A stretch of DNA of 54,707 nucleotides from an uncultured Pseudomonadales bacterium (lineage in GTDB: Bacteria; Patescibacteriota; Microgenomatia; UBA1400; UBA12028): NCBI GenBank assembly GCA_964509365.1, contig CAZDWN010000005.1:1-54707 (forward strand). The letters are read 5' to 3'. A program made the position numbers and the translations under genes. Below, piece after piece: positions 33,161 through 45,927 of the stretch. Below the pieces are notes generated by a model. It was given only the letters and a program-made list of their open reading frames with translations. It was not told where the DNA came from and ran no database searches. Every line of letters begins with the position of its first letter. The first letter of the stretch is position 1.

Positions 33161-35188
33161 ATGCAGTTTCCTTTTTTTAACAAAAAACAGCATCAGTTCA
33201 TCTACACGTTGCTTGTGAGCAAAAAGACAGTCGGAGCATGTGTCTGGCATGTGGAGAAGGGTGCGATCCTCGTCGATGGGATCTCTGACCTCATCCTCTG
33301 GGACGAAGAAAATGAGGACTCGCTGTATGACTCCGCTGATAAGGCGGTCGGGAGTCTCGGTGAGATCAATGCCACGCAAGTCTTGTTATCTCTGCCCGAC
33401 GACTGGGTCCAAGGTCAAAATATTCACCCAAAGCGAAAAGGCCTCTTGCGAGCTCTTACGGAGAAACTAGAACTTTCGTCAGTTGGGTTTGTCGTCACGA
33501 TGGAAGCGGTGATAGCGAGTTTGAAAGAAAAATCCACGACGCCGCTCAATCTCGTGTGTGCTTGTGTGGAACCTGATGCCTTTATCATGGCGATCGTCAC
33601 GCAATCACAGTCGAGTCCAATTTTGCGAATTGGCCGAAGTGACAAAGTCACTGATGATTTCTTAGAAGGATGCAGCAGACTGAAGATCAGCGGTGTCCCT
33701 CCACAAATGTGTATCATTTCACTCTCTGAATCAGAACAAGCGCTCTCGGTGATGAAACAAGAGTTGGAAGGGTACCAGTGGGATCCGTCTATCTTTGTCC
33801 AGTCGCCGACAATCAGGCTCGAATCTCCAGCGTTCGTATTGAGCGCGGTGACGCAAGCTGGCGGCAACGAAGTCCTGAAAGCAATGCCTGAACTTCGCGC
33901 AGCAGAGACAGCCGAGGAAGAGGAAATTCAAGCGCCAGAGTTCACTTCTGTGCACAGTGATCCTCATCCCCATCCTGAGCCAGTGATCCTCCCATCAGTC
34001 ATTTTAGATGCACACACTGACCCTGAAGATACAAATCAGTTACGATCGCGACGGATTTTAATCCTGCCGGTGATCCTTGGAGTCGTCATCATCGGTTTGG
34101 CATTGTGTTACTTTGTCTTGCCTCCAAAACTGCTTCATGCAAATCTCACGATCAAGCGAAAAAGTACTACCATCTCTGGAGATGCGGTCGTCACCGTGCA
34201 AACTGACGACTCAGCGTCATCGAGTGCCGTGGTGCGCGGGGCGCTGTTGCCAATCAATGAATCTGGCGAGATCGAAGTCCCGACCACGGGTCAAAAAAAG
34301 ACAGGTGAAAGTGCGAGCGGCACAGTGACACTGTTCAATCTGACGAGCGCATCCAAACAATTTAAAAGTGGGACGAGTTTAAAGACGGGAAAACTTTCAT
34401 TTGTCACCAACGAAGATGTGACCGTCGCATCGGCAAGCACGGGTGCAAATTACGAAAAGATTCCTGGGAAAGCGAATGTGAAAACCAAAGCATCGGCGCC
34501 AGGAGAAGAAAGCAACATCGGGAAAGATCTCGAATTCTCGGTTGGTGGATTTGATGCGTCGGCCTTTATCGGAAGATCAGAAAGTGCATTTAGTGGGGGG
34601 ACGAGTCGAACAGTCGCCTCGGTGACACAAAAGGATCAAGATGCTGCGTCCGTCCAATTGACGAAGACGCTGGAGCAAAAAATTGCCGATGACGTCACTG
34701 GGCGCTTGGATAGCACGCAAGATGGATTTTTGCTCGGAGCAATCGGTGTCTCAGGAAAAAAATATTCGAAGGCTGTCGGTGATGAGGCAAGTTCAGTATC
34801 GCTCAGTATGAATGCCAGCGCATCGGCGATGGTCTACAGTAAGCTTGATGCACTCGCCGCAGCATCATCGAGTCTCAATGCCACCATACCAGTGGGAGCA
34901 AAACTCGATCAAAGTGCGTTGACGATCTCAAGAACTGACGTCCAAAAACTTTCTCCTCAATCTGCAAAAGTATCTATTAGCGTCAATGGAAAAATCACTC
35001 TCCCTGTTGATGCATCGCAATTTGCATCAATCACCGCGGGCAAAAGTATCGAAGATGCTCGCACATTTTTGGACAACCAAGCGTCAGTGGCGACATATAA
35101 TTTGACGCTGTCGCCGGCATTTTTGACTCCATTTATCAAAACGTTGCCAACTGATGCTTCAAAAATTACCGTCACTATCGTGGAATAA
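33161..35188 (+). CDS. large bitopic membrane protein (hypothetical surface protein)
   Basis: 675 aa. About 260 aa of cytoplasmic domain, an acidic linker, one TM helix (ILILPVILGVVIIGLALCYFVL) and a 340-aa Ser/Thr/Ala-rich extracellular part. No confident family assignment. Confidence 0.75.
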   Translation: MQFPFFNKKQHQFIYTLLVSKKTVGACVWHVEKGAILVDGISDLILWDEENEDSLYDSADKAVGSLGEINATQVLLSLPDDWVQGQNIHPKRKGLLRALTEKLELSSVGFVVTMEAVIASLKEKSTTPLNLVCACVEPDAFIMAIVTQSQSSPILRIGRSDKVTDDFLEGCSRLKISGVPPQMCIISLSESEQALSVMKQELEGYQWDPSIFVQSPTIRLESPAFVLSAVTQAGGNEVLKAMPELRAAETAEEEEIQAPEFTSVHSDPHPHPEPVILPSVILDAHTDPEDTNQLRSRRILILPVILGVVIIGLALCYFVLPPKLLHANLTIKRKSTTISGDAVVTVQTDDSASSSAVVRGALLPINESGEIEVPTTGQKKTGESASGTVTLFNLTSASKQFKSGTSLKTGKLSFVTNEDVTVASASTGANYEKIPGKANVKTKASAPGEESNIGKDLEFSVGGFDASAFIGRSESAFSGGTSRTVASVTQKDQDAASVQLTKTLEQKIADDVTGRLDSTQDGFLLGAIGVSGKKYSKAVGDEASSVSLSMNASASAMVYSKLDALAAASSSLNATIPVGAKLDQSALTISRTDVQKLSPQSAKVSISVNGKITLPVDASQFASITAGKSIEDARTFLDNQASVATYNLTLSPAFLTPFIKTLPTDASKITVTIVE

Positions 35189-35196
35189 ATACATCT

Positions 35197-36015
35197 ATGG
35201 CAGTCATGCGATATACCAAGCAACGTCCGCAAGTCGTCCATCCGCATGAACGAACAGTGAGAAAAAAAGCTATTGCCAGGCGAATGTTTTTTTTGCATCA
35301 AGCCGGCCCCACATTTCTCGTGATTGTCGGTCTATTGGTGCTCTCAAGCGTCTTTGTCCCAATTCTGCTCTCTCGACTGTTTCCAGAAACGCAAATACAG
35401 GCAGATGCGCAGGAATTGAGTGATGAGAATGCAACGAGCCAGACGACTACTGCATTGGCAATCCACCATGAGGAACTGCTTCCGACGATTGCTCCGACGC
35501 CCGTCGTCATCGCCGAGACACTTGATTACACAGACCTGGCTGACTGGTTTCCTGAACACGTCGTGCCAGTGATCGCACCTCAGGAGGCGAAGACCTATCT
35601 GCTTTCTATTCCGAAAATCGGCATCCAAGATGCTTCGGTCGTCTATGGAGGGAGAAACTTAGATCAACATCTCATTCAGTATCCTGATACGGGCATGCCT
35701 GGTGAAGTCGGCTCTCCAGTCATCTTTGGGCACTCCATTCTTCGACAGTTTTATAATCCAAAACTAGACAATCCAAGACGCTACATCTCCATCTTTTCAA
35801 CGATCATGACACTGAAAATCGGTGATCCAATTTATATTCGCGATGGTACAATCACGTACACATATCGAGTAAAAGAGAAAACGGAAGTCAAGCCAACTGA
35901 CCTATTTATCTTAGATCAAGATAAAAACTCCAGAGAACTCAAACTCGTCACATGTACTCCAGAAGGCACGACCTTGCGCCGCGGAGTCGTAACCGCAGTA
36001 TTAGATGAAAACTAA
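35197..36015 (+). CDS. sortase-family transpeptidase
   Basis: 272 aa with an N-terminal TM anchor, the catalytic His context (SPVIFGHS) and the Cys motif LKLVTCTP with a downstream Arg. Confidence 0.8.
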   Translation: MAVMRYTKQRPQVVHPHERTVRKKAIARRMFFLHQAGPTFLVIVGLLVLSSVFVPILLSRLFPETQIQADAQELSDENATSQTTTALAIHHEELLPTIAPTPVVIAETLDYTDLADWFPEHVVPVIAPQEAKTYLLSIPKIGIQDASVVYGGRNLDQHLIQYPDTGMPGEVGSPVIFGHSILRQFYNPKLDNPRRYISIFSTIMTLKIGDPIYIRDGTITYTYRVKEKTEVKPTDLFILDQDKNSRELKLVTCTPEGTTLRRGVVTAVLDEN

Positions 36016-36016
36016 T

Positions 36017-36433
36017 ATGAATATCTTGTGCTTGGATTACGGTACTCGCCGTATCGGAGTCGCTCTTTCTACCACTCCACTCGCAGAACCTCTTGAAATT
36101 ATCAGCAACCAAACGAAAACTGCGAGCGATGTCGTGACATCACAAGCGCTCGATGCAATCTTGCGACTTGTGGACCAACATGCGATCGCATTGATCGTCG
36201 TCGGCATTTCTGAAGAAGCGATGTCGGCCAAAACGCGTGAATTCATCCAAGCTCTCTCGACGTTTACATCGATCCCAATCGAAGAAATGGATGAAACGCT
36301 CTCGAGCTTTCAAACATACGCCCAAATGAAAACGATGAAGAAATCGAAACGCGATGGCAATAGAGATCATTTCGCTGCCGCGAATATCCTCCAAAACTAT
36401 TTGGACACGCATGAAGAACAAATGGTAAACTGA
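36017..36433 (+). CDS. ruvX: Holliday-junction resolvase-like nuclease RuvX/YqgF
   Basis: MNILCLDYGTRRIGVALS at the N-terminus. ATG 36017 follows the sortase stop in a TAATATG arrangement. The track ORF begins at 36005. Confidence 0.85.
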   Translation: MNILCLDYGTRRIGVALSTTPLAEPLEIISNQTKTASDVVTSQALDAILRLVDQHAIALIVVGISEEAMSAKTREFIQALSTFTSIPIEEMDETLSSFQTYAQMKTMKKSKRDGNRDHFAAANILQNYLDTHEEQMVN

Positions 36434-36440
36434 GTCCTTC

Positions 36441-37418
36441 ATGGGAAAAATCACCACCACTGTACTCACTGTCTTGGTCTCACTTCTTTTCGTCGCTCTT
36501 GTGCTCGCAGGAGGGTCAATTTGGTATGTCACCAGTCCACCAGGCACGTCGACGCAGACTTCATCCTTTATCGTCGTCAAAGGAGACACAGTGGCGAGTA
36601 TCGCCACAAAACTCGCTGATCAAGGGTATCTTCGCAAACCACTCATACTTCGTGTCTTGTATAAGATGAACGCGGGCAACCAGGCAATCCAGCCAGGGAC
36701 GTATAAACTGAGTCAGTCGATGAGTCCGCAAGTCATCCTCTCGACTCTGTTGTCAGATACCCAAGATGCTTGGGTCACTCTCAAAGAAGGCTGGCGATCG
36801 GAAGAAATGGCTGAAGAGATCGCGGGGTCATTGCACTCGACGTTTTCCCGGACGGAGTTTATTGTGCTGGCAAAGCCAGTAGAAGGGAAGTTGTTCCCCG
36901 ATACGTATTTGCTTTCAAAAGACATGGATGCAGCAGCAGTCTTTGCGAAGCTGACGAGTACCTTTGAAGATAAATATGCGAAAGCGATGACGACTGAAGG
37001 TCCTGGAGTCCTGCCGAAAGCGCAGACGATAGTCTTGGCATCTTTAGTCGAGCGAGAAGGGAGAGGGGACAAAGATTCCCGTATGGTTGCAGGTATTCTG
37101 AAAAATCGAGTGGATGCAGGCATGCCACTGCAAGTAGATGCGACTCTCCAATACGCAAAAGGCTACGACAGCGTCAAGAAAACCTGGTGGGGAGTGCCAA
37201 AGTCTGCAGACAAAGACTCGACCAGTCCTTACAATACCTATAAGTTTGCTGGCCTCCCGCCTGGAGCGATCTGTAATCCGGGCTTATTGTCTCTCGAGGC
37301 GGCGCTCAATCCGACTCCCTCGGAGTATTTGTATTATTTGCATGATACGCAGGGTATTCCACATTATGCCAAAACCTATGAGGAACACCAGCAGAATATA
37401 GAGAAGTATCTGCGCTAA
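36441..37418 (+). CDS. mltG: endolytic murein transglycosylase MltG (YceG family)
   Basis: 325 aa with an N-terminal TM helix, a LysM-like segment (IVVKGDTVASIATKL), ASLVEREG and QVDATLQYA. Confidence 0.88.
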   Translation: MGKITTTVLTVLVSLLFVALVLAGGSIWYVTSPPGTSTQTSSFIVVKGDTVASIATKLADQGYLRKPLILRVLYKMNAGNQAIQPGTYKLSQSMSPQVILSTLLSDTQDAWVTLKEGWRSEEMAEEIAGSLHSTFSRTEFIVLAKPVEGKLFPDTYLLSKDMDAAAVFAKLTSTFEDKYAKAMTTEGPGVLPKAQTIVLASLVEREGRGDKDSRMVAGILKNRVDAGMPLQVDATLQYAKGYDSVKKTWWGVPKSADKDSTSPYNTYKFAGLPPGAICNPGLLSLEAALNPTPSEYLYYLHDTQGIPHYAKTYEEHQQNIEKYLR

Positions 37419-37424
37419 TCCCAC

Positions 37425-37453
37425 TTGTGTCTTGTGGAAAACTCTGGTATAGT
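37425..37453 (+). promoter_or_regulatory. candidate promoter upstream of the rpoB leader
   Basis: TTGTGT (37425-37430), 17-nt spacer, TATAGT (37448-37453). Confidence 0.45.
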
Positions 37454-37543
37454 CAATAAACTCTATTTCCCGATACATTTTAGATAAGGCTTGACACAAT
37501 GGCAGAGTTCGGAACGCAAAGTTTGTAACCGCAAACAACTGGA

Positions 37544-37572
37544 AACAAGGCAATACTGTTGCCTTGTTTTTT
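37544..37572 (+). terminator. intrinsic terminator/attenuator hairpin in the rpoB leader
   Basis: AACAAGGCA-atactgt-TGCCTTGTT (9 bp perfect), then a T-run to 37572. It ends 55 nt before the rpoB ATG. Confidence 0.7.
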
Positions 37573-37626
37573 CTGTTGTCTTAAATGTCTATACGACTCT
37601 ATTAGTTTAGAGAGGGGCTGTCTTCT

Positions 37627-40600
37627 ATGAAACAAACTCGTCAATACTGGGGAAAAACCGATCTCAAGCTCCCAGAGCTTGATTTGACCAAGGTCCAAAG
37701 AGAATCCTACAAATGGTTCTTGGATCAAGGTATTCGTGATGCACTTGATGAGATCAACGGAAATAACGGTATTGAAGACTTCACCCGTAAGAACTGGCGT
37801 TTGACCTTTGGTGAATACACGCTCGGAAAAGCCAAAATCTCTCCATCGATTGCCAGACACAAAGCGCTTACCTATGACGTGCCTTTGCGAGTCGAAGCAC
37901 AACTTCTCAACAAACAAACCGGCCAAATGACCAAGCAAGAAGTCTTTTTGGGAGATATTCCAAAAATGACTCCAAACGGGACATTCATCATCAATGGGGT
38001 CGAACGTGCCGTCGTGAACCAATTGGTTCGTGCTCCTGGTATCTTTTACTCTACTGATCTGGATCCAAACACTGGTCGAACTCTTGCGTATGCAGAGCTT
38101 CGTCCTATGCGAGGTTCTTGGCTAGAGATGAACGTCGGTCGTGGTGATGTCATCACTGTAAAGATCGATAAGCATCGAAAAATCCCCGCAACTACATTAC
38201 TTCGTGCATTAGGCTATGCCACCAACGAAGAGATCACCGCTTTATTTACTGATACCGATACCAACCCAGATCATCAATTCATCGCCAATACGCTCGAAAA
38301 AGATTCAAGTGTGACGACTGCACAAGCGTTGCTTGAAATTTACGAAAAGATGCGACCTGGTGAACCAGCAGTCCTCGAAAATGCGCAAGATCTTCTCAAT
38401 GAGTTGTTCTTTGATCCTCGCCGCTATGATCTCGGTCGAGTTGGTCGCTACAAATTGAACCGACGACTCAAAGTCGATGTCGCTAATGAAAAAGGAAACC
38501 ATATCCTGACTCGAGAAGATATCGTCGCAAGTTTGAAATACTTGATCACTCTGCAAAATGGCCAAGGAAAAGTCGATGATATCGACCATTTGTCCAACCG
38601 CCGTGTCCGCCGAGTCGGCGAGCTGGTGTTGACCAACGCGTTCCGCATTGGACTCTTGCGACTCGAGCGTGCCATCCGCGAAAAGATGTCTCTTTCGAAA
38701 ACCGACGAGCTACTGACTCCAAGTTCCTTGGTAAACGCTCGCCCGTTGATTGCAACCATCTCTGAGTTCTTCCGCCGAAACCGCTTGTCCACTATTTTGG
38801 ACCAAGCAAACCCACTTTCAGAAGTCGACAACTTGCGACGTTTGTCTGTCATGGGTTCGGGTGGAGTCACTCGTGAACGCGCGAGTTTCTCAATGCGTGA
38901 CATCAATGCTTCGCAATACTCACGTATTTGTCCAGTGAGATCTCCAGAAGGTCAAAATATCGGTTTGGTGACCTATATGTCACTGTATGCTCGCATCAAC
39001 GATTATGGATTCTTGGAAGCTCCATATCGCAAAGTCGAAAACAAAAATGGCAAGATGACCATCAGTGATGAGATCGTCTATATCGCCGCTGATGAGGAAG
39101 AAGATTACGTTATCACGCATGCAGGGATCGACATTGACAGCAACAACGTCATTACACAGGAATGGGTCCCTATCCGTACTGGCAATGACTTTATTGAAGG
39201 TCCTGTCGAGCGCGTCCAGCTGATTGACGTCGTCCCACGACAAGTCGTCGGTACATCCGCATCCTTGATCCCATTCGTCTCACACGATGAAGCCATCCGT
39301 GCGTTGATGGGCACTCACATGCAGTGTCAGGCCGTTCCATTGTTGAAACCAAGTAGTCCAGTCGTCGGTACAGGTATGGAGGCTTCAGTGTCTGCATCCA
39401 TGCATCGTTCGATCTATGCTCGTCACGCTGGAAAAGTAGAGTATGTTGACGGTACCAGAGTCGTCATCACGGTCGATGAGAAAGACTTGGCAAAAGCCAA
39501 AGAAGCTTCGCTCACCGATGAGTTGGAATACGTCCACATGGAAGGTAAAAAAGAAATCTACAGTATCACCAAGTTCTACCGAACTGCACAAAGCACTTGC
39601 TTTACTCAGAAACCTGTCGTCAAGATCGGTCAAGTGATCAAAGCCGGTGAGTTGTTGATCGATGGTCCTTCATCGCAAGATGGAGAACTTGCGCTCGGAC
39701 AAAACCTCTTGATCGCGTACACCTCCTACGAAGGATTGGGATACGAAGACGCTATCATTATCTCCGATCGATTGGTCAAACAAGACTTGCTCACATCTAT
39801 CCATATCAATGAATATGAGTGTCAAGTGATGGACACCAAGCTTGGACCTGAAGAGCTCACTGGTGATATCCCGAACGTCTCAGATATCGAACGACGTAAT
39901 TTGACCACCGAAGGCATCGTTGCGATCGGTAGTGAAGTCAGTCCAAATGATATCTTAGTCGGAAAAATTGCTCCGAAGGGAGAGACCGAACTCACTGCGG
40001 AAGAGAGACTCTTGCGAGCAATCTTCGGAGAAAAAGCTCGAGAAGTTCGCGATACCTCATTGCGTATGCCGCACGGAGAGTACGGGACAGTCATCGACGT
40101 CAAGGTCTTGGACCGCGACAAAGGTGATGAACTCGACCCAGGCGTCAACAAAGTCGTGACGGTCAAAGTTGCGGTGATCCGCAAAGTGACTGTCGGAGAC
40201 AAGCTCGCCGGACGTCACGGAAACAAAGGTGTTATCAGTAAGATCGTGCCACAGGAAGATCTCCCATACTTGGAAGATGGTACCCCAGTCGACATTATCA
40301 TTTCACCATTGTCTGTCTTGGCTCGTATGAACCTTGGACAGCTCTTGGAAGCACACCTCGGATGGGCAGCACAAAAACTTGGATATAAAGTCGCTGTGCC
40401 GGTCTTCGAAGAAGTGCCTGAGAGTCGAATCACTGGAGAGCTCGAGAAAGCTGGTTTGCCAGTCTCAGGAAAAGTCCGTCTCTATGATGGAAAGACTGGA
40501 GCTGCGTACGGAGAAGATTCAGTCGTCGGTGTCGGATATATCTTGAAGCTCATCCACATGGTTGATGACAAGATGCACGCACGTTCGACCGGACCATACT

Positions 40601-41100
40601 CACTCGTCACGCAACAGCCATTGGGTGGAAAAGCTCAAATGGGTGGACAGCGTCTCGGAGAAATGGAAGTCTGGGCATTGGAAGCACATAAGGCAGCCTA
40701 CACACTGCAAGAAATGTTGACGATCAAATCAGACGATGTCTTTGGCCGCACAAAAGCCTTCGAAGCAATCGTGACTGATCAACAGATCCCAGCGAGTAGC
40801 ATCCCAGAGTCCTTCAAGGTCTTGATGCGAGAATTGAACTCTTTGGGTCTCGATGTCGTCATGGAAGAGCCAGAGATTATTGAAGCCGAAGAGCCAAAGG
40901 AAGTCGGGGCACGAGAACTTCTCACTGATGCCAGTGGGCAGACCATGGTCGCAGATGACCCAAATATGGTGATCGATCCGACTGAAGTAGACCCAGACGA
41001 AGGGGGAGAGAAGACGGGCGAAGAAGATGACTTTGAAGTCGCCCAGGATGTAGCCGAAGAACGCGAGCCAAGTGCCGAAGACCTAGTGGAGGGAGAATAA
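37627..41100 (+). CDS. rpoB: DNA-directed RNA polymerase subunit beta
   Basis: 1157 aa with canonical blocks (GTFIINGVERAVVNQLVRAPG, SQLSQF-type region, GDKLAGRHGNKGVISKI, GGQRLGEMEVWALEA). It has an acidic C-terminal tail of about 75 aa. Confidence 0.98.
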   Translation: MKQTRQYWGKTDLKLPELDLTKVQRESYKWFLDQGIRDALDEINGNNGIEDFTRKNWRLTFGEYTLGKAKISPSIARHKALTYDVPLRVEAQLLNKQTGQMTKQEVFLGDIPKMTPNGTFIINGVERAVVNQLVRAPGIFYSTDLDPNTGRTLAYAELRPMRGSWLEMNVGRGDVITVKIDKHRKIPATTLLRALGYATNEEITALFTDTDTNPDHQFIANTLEKDSSVTTAQALLEIYEKMRPGEPAVLENAQDLLNELFFDPRRYDLGRVGRYKLNRRLKVDVANEKGNHILTREDIVASLKYLITLQNGQGKVDDIDHLSNRRVRRVGELVLTNAFRIGLLRLERAIREKMSLSKTDELLTPSSLVNARPLIATISEFFRRNRLSTILDQANPLSEVDNLRRLSVMGSGGVTRERASFSMRDINASQYSRICPVRSPEGQNIGLVTYMSLYARINDYGFLEAPYRKVENKNGKMTISDEIVYIAADEEEDYVITHAGIDIDSNNVITQEWVPIRTGNDFIEGPVERVQLIDVVPRQVVGTSASLIPFVSHDEAIRALMGTHMQCQAVPLLKPSSPVVGTGMEASVSASMHRSIYARHAGKVEYVDGTRVVITVDEKDLAKAKEASLTDELEYVHMEGKKEIYSITKFYRTAQSTCFTQKPVVKIGQVIKAGELLIDGPSSQDGELALGQNLLIAYTSYEGLGYEDAIIISDRLVKQDLLTSIHINEYECQVMDTKLGPEELTGDIPNVSDIERRNLTTEGIVAIGSEVSPNDILVGKIAPKGETELTAEERLLRAIFGEKAREVRDTSLRMPHGEYGTVIDVKVLDRDKGDELDPGVNKVVTVKVAVIRKVTVGDKLAGRHGNKGVISKIVPQEDLPYLEDGTPVDIIISPLSVLARMNLGQLLEAHLGWAAQKLGYKVAVPVFEEVPESRITGELEKAGLPVSGKVRLYDGKTGAAYGEDSVVGVGYILKLIHMVDDKMHARSTGPYSLVTQQPLGGKAQMGGQRLGEMEVWALEAHKAAYTLQEMLTIKSDDVFGRTKAFEAIVTDQQIPASSIPESFKVLMRELNSLGLDVVMEEPEIIEAEEPKEVGARELLTDASGQTMVADDPNMVIDPTEVDPDEGGEKTGEEDDFEVAQDVAEEREPSAEDLVEGE

Positions 41101-41101
41101 T

Positions 41102-44803
<3,702 letters not shown>

Positions 44804-44829
44804 GGCCGAGTCGAATAGTATTGAAAATA

Positions 44830-44863
44830 AAAGCCCTCCGACTTTCCGTCGGGGGGCTTTTTG
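44830..44863 (+). terminator. rho-independent terminator of rpoBC
   Basis: GCCCTCCGAC-tttcc-GTCGGGGGGC, then T5. Confidence 0.8.
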
Positions 44864-44872
44864 GTAGAGGGA

Positions 44873-44901
44873 TTGTCTACGTGTACCAGGTGTGGTACAC
44901 T
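44873..44901 (+). promoter_or_regulatory. candidate str-operon promoter
   Basis: TTGTCT (44873-44878), 17-nt spacer, TACACT (44896-44901). Confidence 0.4.
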
Positions 44902-44979
44902 ACACATCTCTCTGAAGCATGGACTACTCGCCGTTTACGGTGAGAAGTAAGAGGGACAATAGTTGTTACTCAATTTATT

Positions 44980-45004
44980 GCGACCATATGCTGGTCGCTT
45001 TTTT
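44980..45004 (+). terminator. terminator-type hairpin abutting the rpsL SD (candidate attenuator)
   Basis: GCGACCA-tatgc-TGGTCGC, then T6. The SD AGGGAGA and ATG 45016 follow directly. Confidence 0.6.
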
Positions 45005-45015
45005 ATAGGGAGAAT

Positions 45016-45435
45016 ATGCCGACAATCAATCAATTGATCCGCAAAGGCCGCGGATTTAAAAAGACCCGCATCAAAGCCACCGCTTTGCGCAAGTCCTACA
45101 ACAGTAAGACCCGAGAGATCGTCAAGACTGCCAACCCACAGAAGCGTGGTGTCTGTACAGTCGTGAAGACAATGACTCCAAAGAAACCAAACTCAGCTTT
45201 GCGTAAAGTCGCTCGTGTCCGATTGAGTAACAAGCAAGAAGTCACTGCATACATCATGGGCGAAGGCCACAACTTGGCTGAGCACAGTATCGTGCTCGTC
45301 CGTGGAGGTCGTGTGAAAGATCTTCCAGGTGTGAAGTATCACATCGTCCGAGGGAAGTTTGACGCTCAAGGCGTCGCTAACCGCAAGACCAGTAGAAGTA
45401 AATATGGAGTGAAACGACCAAAAGCCGCGAAATAA
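45016..45435 (+). CDS. rpsL: 30S ribosomal protein S12
   Basis: 139 aa. [12 protein letters not shown]..., [16 protein letters not shown]. Confidence 0.98.
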   Translation: MPTINQLIRKGRGFKKTRIKATALRKSYNSKTREIVKTANPQKRGVCTVVKTMTPKKPNSALRKVARVRLSNKQEVTAYIMGEGHNLAEHSIVLVRGGRVKDLPGVKYHIVRGKFDAQGVANRKTSRSKYGVKRPKAAK

Positions 45436-45441
45436 TATTAT

Positions 45442-45921
45442 ATGTCAAGAGCACACACACAAACCAAACGCACTGTTGTCGCTGATCCAAAATATGGATC
45501 GCTCAAGATTGCTAAACTGATCAACCGTACCATGATGGACGGAAAGAAATCATCGGCTCGGACGCAAGTCTATGGCGCCTTTGAGATCCTCGAACAAAAA
45601 CTCAACAAACCAGCAGTCGAGATTTTTGAGGACGCACTGCACGCAGTCAGTCCACAAATGGAAGTCCGCTCACGCCGAGTCGGTGGAGCAGCCTACCAAG
45701 TCCCTATGCCAGTTCGTGGACCTCGAGGTTTCTCGTTGGCCATCCGTTGGATGATCGAAGAAGCTCGCAAACGCCCAAGTAGTACCTATCACTCATTTGC
45801 AGAGAAACTTGCAGCTGAGATGATGGATGCAATCAAAGGTGAAGGTGGCACGATCGCGAAGAAGAACACCATGCACCGCATGGCAGACGCGAACAAAGCA
45901 TTTGCACACTTTAGATGGTAG
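45442..45921 (+). CDS. rpsG: 30S ribosomal protein S7
   Basis: 159 aa. ...DPKYGS..., VEVRSRRVGGAAYQVP, ANKAFAHFRW at the C-terminus. Confidence 0.97.
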   Translation: MSRAHTQTKRTVVADPKYGSLKIAKLINRTMMDGKKSSARTQVYGAFEILEQKLNKPAVEIFEDALHAVSPQMEVRSRRVGGAAYQVPMPVRGPRGFSLAIRWMIEEARKRPSSTYHSFAEKLAAEMMDAIKGEGGTIAKKNTMHRMADANKAFAHFRW

Positions 45922-45927
45922 CCTCCT

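Noticed and set aside
35140-35188. LPTDAS near the C-terminus of the 675-aa protein as a sortase sorting signal
   Set aside because: No hydrophobic helix or basic tail follows it, and only 11 residues remain. It does not meet the LPxTG sorting-signal architecture and is kept only as a remark.
37480-38022. 180-aa minus-strand ORF overlapping the rpoB leader and 5' end
   Set aside because: It overlaps the rpoB N-terminus antisense, has no SD and matches no recognisable family. The region is better explained by the rpoB leader, terminator and coding sequence.
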